NCBI GenBank assembly: GCA_030295235.1
Contig: AP026129.1
Location: 1 to 64,000, forward strand
Source of the DNA: Fistulifera solaris
Lineage: Eukaryota
Length of the DNA stretch: 64,000 nt
Direction of reading: 5' to 3'
Part shown: positions 26,768 to 40,696 of the stretch, piece after piece
How positions within the stretch are numbered: the stretch's first letter is position 1
Layout: every line of letters starts with the position of its first letter
Position numbers and translations under genes: made by a program
The notes under the pieces: generated by a model
Told to the model about the DNA's origin: nothing
The model's input: only the letters and a program-made list of their open reading frames with translations
Database searches by the model: none

Positions 26768-27006
26768 TATAGTTCGACACCCCCTCAAATATCATAACGA
26801 ATATCGATATTCGCGCTATAATAGCGTATTATATCGATATTTGCCGATATTTGTACGCCTGACAGACGTATATGAGGCTCTTTACGCGCGCATAAATCGG
26901 TGCATTTGGCGGACGCGGACAGACGGTCGCCAAATCGGTTATAATATCGTATAATACGATATTGATATTCGAAAAAAATCCAAATATCGATATTTGTCGA
27001 ACCATA
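26768..27006. mobile_element. hAT-type MITE, copy 2 (diverged relative of copy 1)
   Basis: TATAGTTCGACA...TGTCGAACCATA termini, 8-bp TSD GGTAGGGT/CGTAGGGT (7/8), internal sequence collinear with copy 1. Confidence 0.85.
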
Positions 27007-27650
27007 CGTAGGGTTAGGGTTGTTTCAAATTTCAAATCTCTAGTGGGACTGTCCAATGCTCTCATTCCCGCGTGCCTGACAAAGCGTAAAGAGTAATAAG
27101 TCCCAATTACTGTGAAAAATTCTACATATAAATGGTTCTCGAGTCTGGAGTCTCCAGAGTTTCGTCAAAGTACTGGTATACAATATACTACACCCTAAAA
27201 GGTAGAGAAGAGTTTCTGACTCATTTTAAAGGATGATGATTCTTCATTCTTCAGTTTTTCTGAAATACGCCACAGTCCACAGTACCTGACACGCGTCAAG
27301 CGTCAACGCGCAACGAGCAACGCCAAACACAAGAACATCAGAGAAACAATGAAGAAGTCATACGCCAATAGAGATAGATCTCAATTCTCGTCGGTAATGT
27401 CCACGGAACAAAGAGAATTAGCCTACTTTCTTATCAATAGCTGTTTGCTTTTTGCCGCTCTACATCGGCTTATCGGCTTCTGGCTTCTGGCTCTCATCAA
27501 AAAATTATCGGGAAGACGGCGAGCGTGCAAACGATAACCACTCCTAGAGTCCATAAAAAAATCTCGTCTGAATCATCACATAAATAACAGAATATCTTCT
27601 TCGAAACCGGCGCAAACATCGAAGAATCTGATTTGCTGCCCAAGACACAC

Positions 27651-29093
27651 ATGGAAGCGAAAGGAGTTGACGCCGAACCGGAGCTCAACGAAGCTGCATC
27701 GACGCTGTCACCGGATCGCAAGTTATCACGGAGTGAGGACTGCTCAACATCATTGCCCGTACAAGTTATTGCTCTCTCATCGGAGAAAGTCGATTCGGTC
27801 CAGCAAAGCTTAACTTTCGTTAAGAATGAGCAAGACAAGCCACGGGCATTGACAGATGTTATTGACAAGCTTTCATATGAAAAGTATCCCGAATACGTTC
27901 GAAAGAACGATTCTACACTGTCCTTTCCGGAAAAGGTAAGACACCATGCGCTCTACTCAGACTTGGGGATCGGAACTGATACTATTTCTTTGTTTATTTG
28001 TAGCTTATGCTGATGCTGATCCATGTAGAACGAGTTTACGCAAATCACGTAAAGAAACTTGAAGATCAATCAATCGGCTGGTCTAACAACGGAAAGTCTT
28101 TTATTATACGTGATAACGACGCCCTTTGCAAGTCTTGGATCCCTACTTTCTTTGGCCAGGCCAAGTTTTCTTCTTTCACACGCAAGCTGTACAGGTGAGT
28201 TTTCATTTGTTGTCGATTTCTAAAGACAACGCGTTTCTTGGAGCAGTTCCTCATGCTTTCTTTCCAGGTGGGGTTTCCGCAAAGTCAACGTCTCGATAAA
28301 TGACAAGGGAGAACAAAGCGTGGTATTTAGTAACGAGAATTTTCAACGCGGTGACGTGTCTCGATTAAGCAAAATGCAAAGCATTACAGCTGCTAAAATC
28401 CGCAACCAGCTTGCTGTAAGAACCGGTTCTCGAAAGGAGTCGCCTCCGGAGAGCACAAGTATCGGTCTTCTCGAAAACGTTTCTGATCCACGAAGCGCTA
28501 TCGATCAATTGCTGCGAGAACGCTTTCCACTTCCAGCGACTGCGGTAGCACACTTCGCAAATTCGAGTGTTTTGCAGTACCGATGTGAGCGTGAGCAGGA
28601 AATACTTCGCAACAGAAGTCTACTAGCGACTCAACTTAGTAACACCCCCTATCCGACGAGTAATATTCTTGGACTAGAAGATGCTTCGCTGCTAGCGCGA
28701 CAACAGGCCGTACTGGACCGTTACCGTCAATCTCCCACATCTCTACCCACACGAGGTGATGTTGCGCAATCTTCGCCAAGAAGATTGAGTCTCTCAGCGA
28801 GATCGCAGCTTGAAAACTTAAGACTTCTTGAAGCTTTGGATCATCAACGAGCAGGCAGCATTAATTCTCTCTTTAGTGAAGGCGCATTTGAGCAGCTTTT
28901 GTTGCAAAGACAGCTTCGCGCTATTCAGTCGCCAGCCTTAGACCTTGCTTCAAATGTGGATGAAAGCAATCTGCTCAACCAAAATCTTCGCGCAGCCTAT
29001 CTACAGCGACTAGAAAACAGAAGTGGTGGAAATGTTGACCGCCATTATTTAGCCGCTTTGGAGGCTCTTCTGCAACAAAATGACAACAGATAA
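27651..29093 (+). CDS. Heat-shock transcription factor (HSF-type DNA-binding domain)
   Basis: SFPEKLMLML...IGWSNNGKSFIIRD...FFGQAKFSSFTRKLYRWGFRKV...FSNENFQRGD. Introns about 27936-28002 and 28195-28267. Confidence 0.9.
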
Positions 29094-29597
29094 TGTGATG
29101 CGTCCGATCTATCGAGGAATCAAAAGCCTGCACCATGATATTCATGCAAGCAAGACTCACAAACTTTTATCATAAGTGTGCTCGTCGTTTTTGTCAAATA
29201 ATCCTTCTCGTTTTCTATTAAGTCAGTAGACATGACGAAATTAGCGAGACTTTTTAAACCCTGTACTCGTAATTTTTGACTTCCTAGTTTTCATCCCGAC
29301 TGTTCTCGCAGCGCTGCGAAAAAATAGAAGAAGAAGGAGTCGTCGTGCAAAAAAATAATGTGTGTTGCTTCAAGTGTAGACAGAAATGGCCTGTTGGGTT
29401 CGTTTTGGCCGTTTAGGCTTAAAAGGAATTTCCTGATCCTGAACCTTACCAGGATTAGTCTAAAATGTTCGTAGTATCGGAGTAACAAAATCCGAGATGA
29501 TTTCGTGCGTGTTGTCCCGATGATGTATATTTGATTGCTACTTGATTTCGTGATCAAAGTAAATACTTTTCATTATTATTGTAAAAATTTACAATTA

Positions 29598-31042
29598 ATG
29601 TCAGCCGTCCGCTCAAGGCGTGCGCCAGGAAAGACCGCGGCGGGTGTGGAAACAGAAATAGAACATCGAATAATCAAAGAGGGCAATAAAGGCAGAAGGC
29701 GATCGTCCGCAAGTTCTTGTTCGACTCGCCTGCTTATCGCTCTCTGCGGCGTTGCATTGTCATTCTCAATCGCATCTATCGTGTATTCCTCGCATTCTCT
29801 ATTGGAAAGCCGTAATCAGCGTACCCCGCTTCGCGCGTGTTGTAATATTAAACAACGATCGCAATGAAACGCTCGACTCGATTTCAATCGACACACAACA
29901 AAGCCGAAAGCACGCCAGAAAAGTTGAACACATGATCGGTAATCGTGCAAGAGCCGAAATTGCAGAATCAAAGAGGTATGCTGAGTTAGATGAAATTGAT
30001 TGGGATGGCAAGGAAGACTGCCAGCTTGATTACGAATGGCAGCGCACGAGTCGCCCCGCTTGCAATTCCATGCATGAATTCGATTTGACTACGCCATCCC
30101 TGGATACTGGAGGCTCAAAATACAAATTCTTAACGCACGGATTTTATCGGGATGTCTTGTCGGCGTTTGATCAAGTTGGTGAACCCTTTGTATTCAAGCC
30201 CATGCGGAGGAAACATCGCTTTACTTATCGCAATTTTGATCGAATGCGACGTGATGCGGTCATTATGGATCGACTGACGGCGCACAAGTATATTCTGAAT
30301 ATTTACGGCTTTTGTGGTACATCCGCTTTATTCGAGTTCGCCGACGGGGGTGATATCGATTCGACGCTATGGCCGGATGGTGAAACTATAGCTAACTTGA
30401 CACAACTGGAAAAACTTCACATTGGTATGTTTGATTGTGACTTGCAAAGCAATGTGAACCTTTCCCTCAAACTCTATCTTTAACTTTCTCAGCAACACAA
30501 GCTTCTATGGCTTTGGCAAGCGTCCACAATGTCGACAAGGAAGGGCGCCCTTCGATCGCTCACACAGATATCTCGACAGGACAGTTTATAAAGGCCAACG
30601 GCATATACAAACTCAATGACTTCAATCGTGCGCGTTTTATTCATTATTCACGGAGTACAGGGAAGGCATGTCCGTTTTATGTTGGAATGAATGCTGGCAG
30701 TAATCGATCGCCCGAGGAATACGCTTACGAAGGCGAAAGTGAAAAAGTGGACGTTTACTCGTTGGGAAATCTCTTTTTACGATTCTTCAGGGCGAATGGC
30801 CTTTTGAAAATGAAGCTTCGGACGATGCAAAAGCCAAAGTTTTGAACGGGACGCGACCGGCAATCTATGGTGACTTGTGGCACAGTACTGATCCCGTCAA
30901 TGTAGCATTAAAAGAGGCCATGATTCTTTGTCACACGCATGATCCAACGGAGCGTCCTTCCGCACGATACATCGAGACCTTTTTCCGTCGTAAAATGAAC
31001 GAAATAGATCCTGGACGATTGGAAGAATGGGGTGACGCGTGA
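29598..31042 (+). CDS. Membrane-anchored protein kinase-like protein (diatom-type family)
   Basis: N-terminal TM, CNSMHE, GFYRDV, IYGFCG, AHTDISTGQF, KLNDFNRARF, RSPEEY, EKVDVYSLGN. One intron and frameshifts. Confidence 0.8.
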
Positions 31043-31142
31043 TCCTTTCGTTGTACCTAGATGGCTATGCTGGACTAAACGAACTTAGAAATTTTATGAG
31101 CATAAATTACAGTAAAAATATTTTTGAAGATTTTATAGGTGA

Positions 31143-32714
31143 TTAGTAGAATGATGAAGGTGGCGGTGGCGGAGGGGCAGCTGGGGCACTACCTAAAGGT
31201 TCAAGTCCACTACCTGCAGCTCCGCCCATGACAAAGCCTCCACTGTTGTTTTCGTCATCGTCGTGGTTGTCATGATTAGCCGGTGCCCACGCCACTCGGA
31301 GACTAGACGAGACAATTGACGGTGTTGTTGTGGTAGGCGGTGCCACTGGGTGTGGTTGATCGGATATTCCCATAAAAGCCATCGAGACATTCATTGTATT
31401 CAAAGCAGAGGCGCCGGAGGGTGCATTGGAAGTTGAAGAGTTGGCATGAGAAAACGACGGTAGAGTGGGGGCTATGGAGGGCCCCAGCGTATCAAAAAGC
31501 TGAAAAGGGATCATTGGACAGTGCCGTGGTTGTTGATGTGATAGTGCGGGTGGTCATCGTTGAAACGTTTTGAGAAGATATTGCCAAGACGGGTGGTTGC
31601 CAAGAATTCGGCGCAGGAGCAAATGGGTCCAAATTTGGCGGCTCGGTAGAAATGGTGACGAGACTCAATAGATCGTCGCGTCCCGAAGAATGGTTGTTTG
31701 TTTTACTTGTCGCAATGCTGGTGGTTTCTCCGAAATCCAAAAGATCAATGGCTTCACCTGACTCTGTGCCAGCATCAGGAACACTATTTGTATGGTTGTT
31801 TTGACAATCGAGCAAATCTTCCGTCCGATCATTTGGAGTATTTGAAGACAATGGTGTCTCATAATCGGCAAATCCAGCTACTAGTCTTGAGCTTTTTGAC
31901 AGTTGAGCAGCAGAAGGCTCGTCTCGAAATTGTGCCTGCTTTGCAGCTTCTTTCCTCCTGGCATTTTCCATCATTTCTTCTAAGCTATGTGATGCACCAA
32001 CAATCGATTGACCGTCGCGAGACGAAAATCCGCCTCCAAAGCCATTATCTGCCTTAGCCAGATTACTTTTTTGTTGCATGCGTTCTTGAAGTTGCATGCG
32101 TTGTTGCAAATACTGCAAGCGCTGTGCGTCTGTTGCAAACGCTATTTCCTGATTGCTTCCGATCGGTACTAAAGAAGTGGGATCTGCATGTTTTTCTCGT
32201 TCTCGCAGTAAGTCATGTCGTGGCATAGAGAGCAATGCAAACAGACCCTCCGCTAATTCTCGCACGGGTCCTCCTTCATCGACAGTCCCCCCTTTAAATC
32301 GAAGCCATACATTTGCGGATTGTTGCTGTTGCTGAATCAATGCCGTATTGTAACCCCGTAACGCGGCTACGGCAGGTTTGAGGATTTGTGCTTCTTGCAT
32401 GACCTTCTCGGCCCCGACTAAAAGAACGTGGCGTGCAACAACAAGTGCCTTTTGTAAAGTGAGAGTACTTTGTTGCGTCGGATGCAAGAAGAGCGATTGC
32501 AACAATTCAAAAATGCTTCACATAAGTCATCTTCAGCCGAATGTTGCCCTTCATGATATGTGAGTGTCGCCCATTGATTGAGTTCAAACGAGGATAAAAT
32601 TTGGATGCTATCATCTTGCAATACATTACGGAGTTTGCGCTGCAATTTATCCTTCTCCGAAGTAACGGAGGAACCACTAAAGGCGGTATTTAGGAAATCA
32701 GTGACGTTGAACAT
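31143..32714 (-). CDS. ENTH/epsin-like domain protein
   Basis: N-terminal helical domain (LTLQKALVVARHVLLVGAEK...DEGGPVRELA), DLLDF clathrin-box-like, DPF and NDPF motifs, Pro-rich end. Frameshifts. Confidence 0.65.
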
Positions 32715-33412
32715 GCTATAAACAGGGCAGATCAAGAAACAAAATGATCATGTAGATAGAGATGAGCCTGTTGTAAATAATTTCATCACGAACAAACAAA
32801 CAAACAAAAGGCGCCTTTATAATGCGAAACGCGCACTTGAAAAGCGAGAAATACCAGTACCCCTTTGTACTTGTACATACAAAGTAATATTCGATATTCG
32901 CCCACATTGTTCTCGACAGAGGAGAACCCGGATATGGTCGAGTGTTAGTATTGACCTCACCAGTTCTCGCGTCTCTTGCAACAAATCTCACTGTAAATTT
33001 CAGCTGCCAAGTACATGGTTACTGCGCGTTGATAATGAATACAAAGTAATGAAAAAATGAGTAATCGGCGTCAAACCAATCTCAAACGTTAAAAACAGCA
33101 ACAATGAAATACTTTGAAAGCCTACATCTAAAATACGTATTAGATACCGGTACGGTACCTACCTGGTAGACCCCTTAGCAAATCTATCAATGTTGGAAAA
33201 CCCGGATATGATGTTTTTCTGTCGAACGTGATAATACAACCAATTTTTCCGATAGCCCAGGATATTGAATGGCAAAAAGTAACTATCATTATCTCACATC
33301 TTTTCAATCAGCAAATCTATGGCGACCTGTTAGTTGTTAGGAGTTTGGATTTGTTACGCTTTGATCGTCGTCCAAAGGGGAAGAAGAGCAATTAATTAAA
33401 AGAGATCCAACG

Positions 33413-35630
33413 ATGTTGAACTGGCATTCGCTTGTCATTTACTTGATTTTTCCTTACTTTCTCGCCTTGGTCATCCTTTACTGGTTTCCAAATCACCAGG
33501 CAAACGTCTCTTCAAAGCTCTTCTCTCTGCGGCTGTCTTATACGTCCAACATCTTACAGGATAAGACAAAATCACCTACGAACTCTGTCGGCGAAATATC
33601 GTGGCAGGTATCGTGTTATCACCAATTCCTTGACAAAATTGGAGTTATTCTTCCCACAGTTTCGGTTGAAGTACATGCAAATGGACAAGCAAAACCTTGT
33701 AGTATCATTTCTGTAAATGAATTATTCAATGACAGCAACGTTTTGTCAGCCTTGCGAGTACTCGACCAATGTCCCGATTGGAAGTCACAGTATTTCACGG
33801 ATTCCTTTCTGACGCGATTGTTACACGAAATATCGGGTCCGGCGTGTTCCTTCGAAGATCACCAATCAGGATTTCATAACTTTTGTGACAGAGGCCTGAA
33901 ACGCACGCCCATCCTTCATGATCATCGTCTACTCGTTCCATATAAGTTGACAGAGGATGGTCCAACCTTTTGCCGTGCCATTTTCACAATGCGAGCGGAT
34001 ACCGTCTTTCGTCGCTCTCTTTGTTGCGCGAATGGATGCAAGCCATGTCATGTGAACAAGACGATTACACTACTGGAGAGACGTGTACAACGAATTCTCC
34101 TCTGGAACTTTACGCAGTGCCCGCAGGTCGGCATTTCATGTTCGCACCCAAATACATTGGAGAAACCATTCCACTGCCTCACGTCACGGGCGGTGATCCA
34201 ACTCAACCTGTTTATTTGGAGGTCTTGTCCGTGTCGCCGCGTGTATTCGATCTCGTCAACTTGTTTTCCAAACAAGAAAGTGAGGATTTAGTTCAAAGAG
34301 CTTTGGCGGAGACCAGAGAATCATATCGTCTTCAAAGAAGTACCACGCAATCGAACGGACGACAAGTCAATCGATATCGAACGTCGGAAACTGCATTTGA
34401 TGCTGTGGGAGAAACTGCCATGAACATTAAACGGTATGACGCCTGGTACTTGAATATTTGTCGCGAAACTCCACAACCACTAACATATTCTTCTTTTTTT
34501 TCCTGTGTACCAGACGAAGCTTCGCTGTTCTAGGTATGAGCAAATACATTGAATCATACGCCGATGGTGTGCAAATATTACGATATCAAAATGGAACGGC
34601 TTATCAAAAGCACGTGGATTGGATTGAACCGAATATTCGATCGCAGCACGACTACGACTCGGCCGGCCAGGGAAGTAACCGATTCGCCACTTTTTTGCTC
34701 TACATGAGCAATCTCGAAGCAAATCAAGGAGGTGAAACTGTGTTTGCCAACGCGTGGCCGCTCGACGTTGCAGAAACAGAGCGACTTACCGTCGAACAGG
34801 TTAGTACATGTATCAGGAGCGCAGTTTACTGCTTACAACTAACAACTAACAAGACGACAAAATCTCTTTTTGTTTGGACTCCTTTTGGAGGACTCCTGTT
34901 GATGTACTGACACAGGCAAAAGACCAGCTTATGGAATCGGATTTTGCTCATTTTTTAACGCCGGGCTCCTGGGAAGAAGACCTCGTAAGTTGTGAATGGT
35001 GTCTTGGTCTTTTCCATGTGCATGTTTTGCATGATTTGCTAAGTTTGAAATTACGTCGCCTTTAGGCTGGTTGGTGCCGATCTCGTTTAGCTATCCGGCC
35101 CGCGTCAGCACGTACTGTATTGTTTTATTCCCAGCTACCAGATGGAGAAGAGGACAAGTCCTCTCGACATGGTGCATGTCCCGTCTTTAATACGACAAAG
35201 GTAAAGTATTGCGATAATTCATTACTGGCGGTCGAGGAATTCTTTGTTCGTCAGTTTTCCTCAATTTCCTTTTGACCTCCATTTCAGTTCGCTGCCAACG
35301 TTTGGGTTTGGAACGCAGCTAGAAGTGGACACCCCAACAGTCCAAAGAATCCGAATTACAAGAAACCACCTCGAGCCACTCCAATTGAAGCGACATTCAT
35401 CAACACAGGGGCGAATCCGGACATGGACGACGCCGAACTCTATTATAAAGACACCCTTTGGGGGAGGTTGCGTCCTGACGGTACGCCAATTACGGCTAGT
35501 ACATTGAAGGAACATCAGTGGACCATTATTGTGGACGGAAAGCGAGTCAAACATTTCAGGATAGCGGCTCGTCCCGAAAAGCAAGTGTTTGAAATATAAA
35601 AGCGTACGCGTTGGGAGCATAATCAGGATT
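33413..35630 (+). CDS. Prolyl 4-hydroxylase alpha-like 2OG-Fe(II) oxygenase
   Basis: LSVSPRVF, RTSETAF, VQILRY...HVDW, NRFATFLLYMS, GGETVF, LFYSQLPDG, HGACPV, ANVWVWN. Several introns; end approximate. Confidence 0.82.
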
Positions 35631-35727
35631 AACAGTGAACACTTAAGTCTCGATGAAATTCTACTTCATGCTGTAAAGAAGGGGGACAAGCTTCGATCAA
35701 TTTCCTCTCGAGTCAAAGATTTCTTGT

Positions 35728-37794
35728 TTAACAGTTGCTGCAACAATTAAACGGACAGATCTCACAATCTGCATTGAGTGTTGTTCCTCTTGTGATCTTC
35801 AAGAGACAGACGGGCTGGGGAATTTGTTCTGTCAGCAAGTTATCCTCAAGTCGCAACTGGGTCAAGCCTGTCAAGGCACCGAATTGAGAGGGCACGGCTC
35901 CAGTAAACGAGTTGCCGAAGAAGAAAAGTTGGCGCAGATTGGTCGCAAGTAATCCCAACTCAGAAGGAAGTGGTCCGGACCAGTTGCAGTTTGTGACAGA
36001 CAATCCGCCTAAATTAGTGAGAGCCCCCCAGAAGGTCGGGAAGGTCCCTGTAATGCCTGGATTCTCGTCTGTCCAAGACTCTCTGATAGAAACGAGATTC
36101 TGCATGAAGTCGATGCCACCTGTAATGCTGGATCCACGGGCATAGAAAAATTGAAGGTTCGGCAAGAGACCGATTTCGGTTGGAATTGGTGAATTGAAGG
36201 TGTTGAATTCCATTTCAATGTAGGCTGTGCAGAAAAATCAATCATGTTATTAGAGATGGCAATGCAGACAAAGATCGAAAACGATTGTGTACTTACAAAG
36301 TTGAGTCATATCCGATGGAAATGCCAAAGAACTTATCGTTCCAGCATAGCGGACATTAGAGCATTCATAAAATTGCAGCTTTTTCAATAAGCCGATCTCT
36401 GTTGGAATTCCGTTCTCATTGATAAAGTTCGTGTCTTCATAACGCAAGGAAGTAAGTTCCGTTAGGGTACCCATCCATGAATTGAAGACTTCTCCGCGAG
36501 TGAAAACTGGGTTTTTTCCCACATCGAGATTTGTTAGAGTCGACTTCAAGAGAGTAATTTCTGGAGGAAACTCTCCGGTCAGGAAGTTATTGAACTGGAA
36601 CAGGATACTTGTCAGTTCTTATCAGTTCGAGACAAACGTTTTGGAAGGGTTGTACTTACAAAGTCAAGTCGGATCACAGAGCCGGTAGTTTGTTGGTCAC
36701 AGAGAGTATTGGACCATGTGCACTCATCGGTATTTGTCAACCAGTCGCGTGCATTGTTCCACGGGATGATGTTTCCGGTGCCCAGGATGAGGTCGGTGAA
36801 GTTGGTCCGCACCTCATATGTTGCATAGTAAATGGTTGCTAGAGCGTAACGCTGTATAACTTTTGCATCACTGTAAGGAGTAAGATCTGAGCTGCAAAGC
36901 CAGGCCAAAGCTTTGCTTTGGTATGTTTCTGGATCTTCGAACTCAGCCCCTCCAAACAAAGCGACGGGTCGGATAACATCCTCACAACGTCCGCCAACAG
37001 GAGTCGGAACCGGCGCTACTACAGGGGATGGGGCAGGAATGGGAGCTGGGACCGGTGCCGGAACGGGGACAACAACTGGTGTTGGCGCTGGAACGGGGGC
37101 GACAACCGGCGTTGGAACAGGCACTGGGGCTACAACCGGCGTTGGAACAGGCACAGGGGCTACCACAGGACTCGGAGCAGGCACAGGAACAGGTGCTGGA
37201 ACAGGGACCGTAATCGGCGCAACAGGAGCGATCACTGGTGTCGGTAAAGGTACAGGGGCAACTACCGGCGCTGGCACGGGAATACGGGGTAAGGTTGGTT
37301 CTGAAGTGGCCGGGACTGGCGCAACTACGGGCGCCACAGGAGAGATTACCGGCGCAACAGGTGTAGTTGGAGCACTTGGTGGCAATCCCATGCTCGGCTG
37401 CATAGAGGGAGTAGGAAGACTTCCAGACGTCTGAAGAAATCTTTGCCAGTACGAAAGGTCCTCGGTCGCGACATTTCCAAGTTTCCTTGCTTGACTTTTT
37501 TGTTTTTCTCGCCAGGTTTCGGCGTCTCTCGTCAATCATGGCGACGAGCTTTCTTACTTCCTTATCATGCAGGTCAGCGGAAACATCTATCGACTTTCTT
37601 AATTCATCGTACTCTTGATATGATCGAATGGCGTATTTCTTCCAAAGCTCGTTGTCTAATTCACTGCGATTCTCCCTCTCAGCCTCTTCAACGCTCCAGG
37701 ACAGCTTGGATGACGGCCGATGATAGATATCGTTCGCCGCGCAAATCGCAAGCGTCAAGAAGCAACACGAAGTTTTCCAAAGTGCCAACTTCAT
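35728..37794 (-). CDS. Secreted plant-type LRR protein with Pro/Val-rich stalk (paralogue 1)
   Basis: Signal peptide, [12 protein letters not shown], (PVVAPVP)n stalk, [14 protein letters not shown] cap, IPTEIGLL LRRs, C-terminal C..CP..CC..C. Introns 36659-36595 and 36296-36225. Confidence 0.88.
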
Positions 37795-38338
37795 GGTGTA
37801 TCTTCTTTTTCCCTCTTCGGCAAAATTGAAAAATGATTTGTGAGCACTTCATTTCACTTCCGCAATCGCTGATTGCGCAAAGATTGAGCGACCATAAATG
37901 TGCCTTGTGCTATGCAAATTATTGTACGATTTCTTCGAATAGGTAAAGCAGGTCGAATTTGATTTAGAAGACAACTATTGGCGAGTACTTTCTTTGTTAT
38001 AGAGATAACGTCTGAAAAGGACAATTCTGTCTAATACTAGTAGGCAAACGAAGTAGACTTGGTACAGTACCAGGTACCACGTCCATGATGTCGTTTCGAG
38101 AACGCCCTCGTCCGCGAACTTATTTCCGACACGAAACGTTGACGATGATACTTGTAGATGCACGACGAACGACGAGAGAACACCTCCAAAATCAATCAAA
38201 ACAAGGCAGGCTTTCATAATTTCATAAACAGGCTAAAATCCATATCGATTGTATATTTCTTTACTATCAAAGTTCTTTACATCCAATCCGTATGATCGTT
38301 TTTAAATTAAATCATTGTAAAGATATTCGGCCGCTTCT

Positions 38339-40696
38339 TCAGCAGTTCGTGCAGCAGTTGAAGGGGCAAATCTCACAGTCTGCTTGCAGATTGAGCCCTC
38401 CAGTGATCTTTAACAAGCACACCTCGCTCGGGATCTGAGTAGTGAGAAGATTATCTTCAACTCGAAGCTGTGTAAGCGCAGTCAAACCTGAATATTCGAT
38501 CGGGATTCCGCCGGTCAAAGAGTTTCCGTAGAAGAAGAGTTGCTCTGTTTTACGGGGGGAAAAAAGATTGTGAGACAAAAAAGGCACCAAAGAATGACGA
38601 TCAGAGCCTCCCATGTGCACTTACGAAGACTGGCCGATAACAAGCCGAGTTCTGTGGGAAGGGGACCTGACCAGTTGCAGTTTGTCACAGATAATCCACC
38701 TGTACGTCAAAATACAGAGAGAAGTAAGGGATTTGACAAGCAATGCCAAACGGAAATAACATTACAACAATGGCTTACCGAGATTTGTCAGTGCTCCCCA
38801 GAAAGTCGGAAGGGTACCCGTAATACCTGGATTGTCATCTGTCCAGCATTCACCTGGAGAGGAAAATCATTCATAAGATGAGATCCAAATTCCTCGTTTC
38901 GATTGCCTCACCAGCTAGTTATTAACTTACGCATGTTTACAGCACTTTGCATGAAATCGATATTTCCTGTGATACTCGATCCACGGGCATAGAAGAATTC
39001 GAGACTAGGAAGCAATCCAATCTCAGTTGGAATCGGCGAATCGAATGTATTATACTCCATCTCAATGTAAGCTTGCAAAAGGATCACCGTAAGTTTGGAT
39101 TTCTATAAGGTGAAATGAGAGCGATCACGAATGGCTCAAGTTGCGGCTTACCAAGATTAGTCAGGGTGGAGGGGAAAGCTAGACTGCTGATGGCTCCGAC
39201 GTAACGAACATTTGTACACTCGTAAAATTCCAAGTTGGTCAGTAGCCCAATCTCTGTCGGTACACCGTTGTCGTTGATAAAGTTCGTGTCTTCGTATCGT
39301 AGAGATGTCAGTTGCGTCAAAGTACCGAGCCAAGAATTGAAAGTTTCGCCGCGGGTAAACACAGGGTTTCTTCCAAGATCAATGTTCGCTAGTGTCGCTT
39401 TCAGAAGGGTTACCTCGGGAGGAAACTCGCCACTCATGAAGTTTGCAAACTGTCGTAGGATAGATCAAATAACAAGTTAAAACTCGTGCCGAAATTCAGT
39501 TCAGTCAACCAATCTGTCAAACGCATATACTTACAAAGTCCAGTCGAATCACCGAGCCTGTTGTTTGCTGATCACATTGAATGTTCGACCAAGTGCACTC
39601 GTCGGTGGCGGTCAACCAATCTCGAGCAATATTCCAAGGAAGGACGGTACCATTACCAAGAAGCGCGTCCGTGAAAGCCGTGCTCACGTTGTAAGTAGCG
39701 TAGTAAATACTAGCGAGAGAGTAACGCTGAATCATCTTGGCGTCGTTAGTCTCGTAGGCAGTTGATTCGGGACCACATAGCCAGTTCAGTGCTTTACTCT
39801 GGTAGCTTTCCGGGTCGGCAAACTCTTCCCCGCCGAAAAGAGCAACCGGTGTAATAATCTCTCGGCATCTACCCTCAACAACAGGCGCTACAGTCGGTGC
39901 TACGACTGGTACAGCAACGGGTGTTGGGACCGCCACTGGGGTAGCGACAGGAGTTGGGACGGCAACTGGTGTAGCAATGGGAGTTGGAACGGCGACGGGA
40001 GTTGGGAATGCAACTGGAGTTGCAACAGGGGTTGGTACGGCAACGGGTGTTGGGACTGCAACTGGCGTAGCAACAGGAGTTGGGACTGCAACGGGCGTAG
40101 CAACAGGAGTTGGGACTGCAACGGGCGTAGCAATGGGTGTTGGGACTGCAACGGGCGTGGCAATGGGTGTTGGGACTGCAACGGGCGTGATAACCGGCAT
40201 ATCCATGGTCGGAACAGGGCTAGGAATGTCAGATGCGCTTGAATCATCAGCAGTAGGCGCTTCAGTGCGAGGGACTGTTGGAACAACGGGTTCCGTCGGT
40301 GATCGAGTTGGAGTGGCGACAGGGGCATCAGTCTCAATGCTACCGCTCGTCTGCAAGAATCGCTGCCAATAGGAGAGATCGTCTTCTTTTTAGAGCACGG
40401 GCTTCCTTCTTCGCTTCGACACGCTGCACCAGCTTACGAAGTTCGTTCGGATGAAGATCCTGATCGAGAGAGATCAGCTTTCTGTCTCTGTCATAGTTCG
40501 GATTGATCTTCACACCTTTCTCGACTATAAGCTGGCGTTGCAAATGTCTCTGATGTAAACGATGGCGATGCTCACGATGTTCGTCTTCCATAGTCCACGA
40601 CAATTTGGACGAAGGCTGATGATACTCATCGTCGATCGGAACAGCCAAGCCAACTTTCAACGCCAGGGCAAAACCGGTAATCTGGAAAAGTTTCAT
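38339..40696 (-). CDS. Secreted plant-type LRR protein with (PVAVPT) repeat stalk (paralogue 2)
   Basis: Same architecture as paralogue 1 but with five introns. Confidence 0.88.
39900..40195 (-). repeat. Coding minisatellite (24/18-bp units) encoding PVAVPTPV/IAT
   Basis: Repeated gttgggactgcaacgggcgtagcaa-type units. Confidence 0.9.

Noticed and set aside
36913..40372. Plus-strand Gly/Thr-rich ORFs (GTGATTG, GVGTAT)
   Set aside because: They are antisense shadows of the Pro-rich stalks of the LRR genes.
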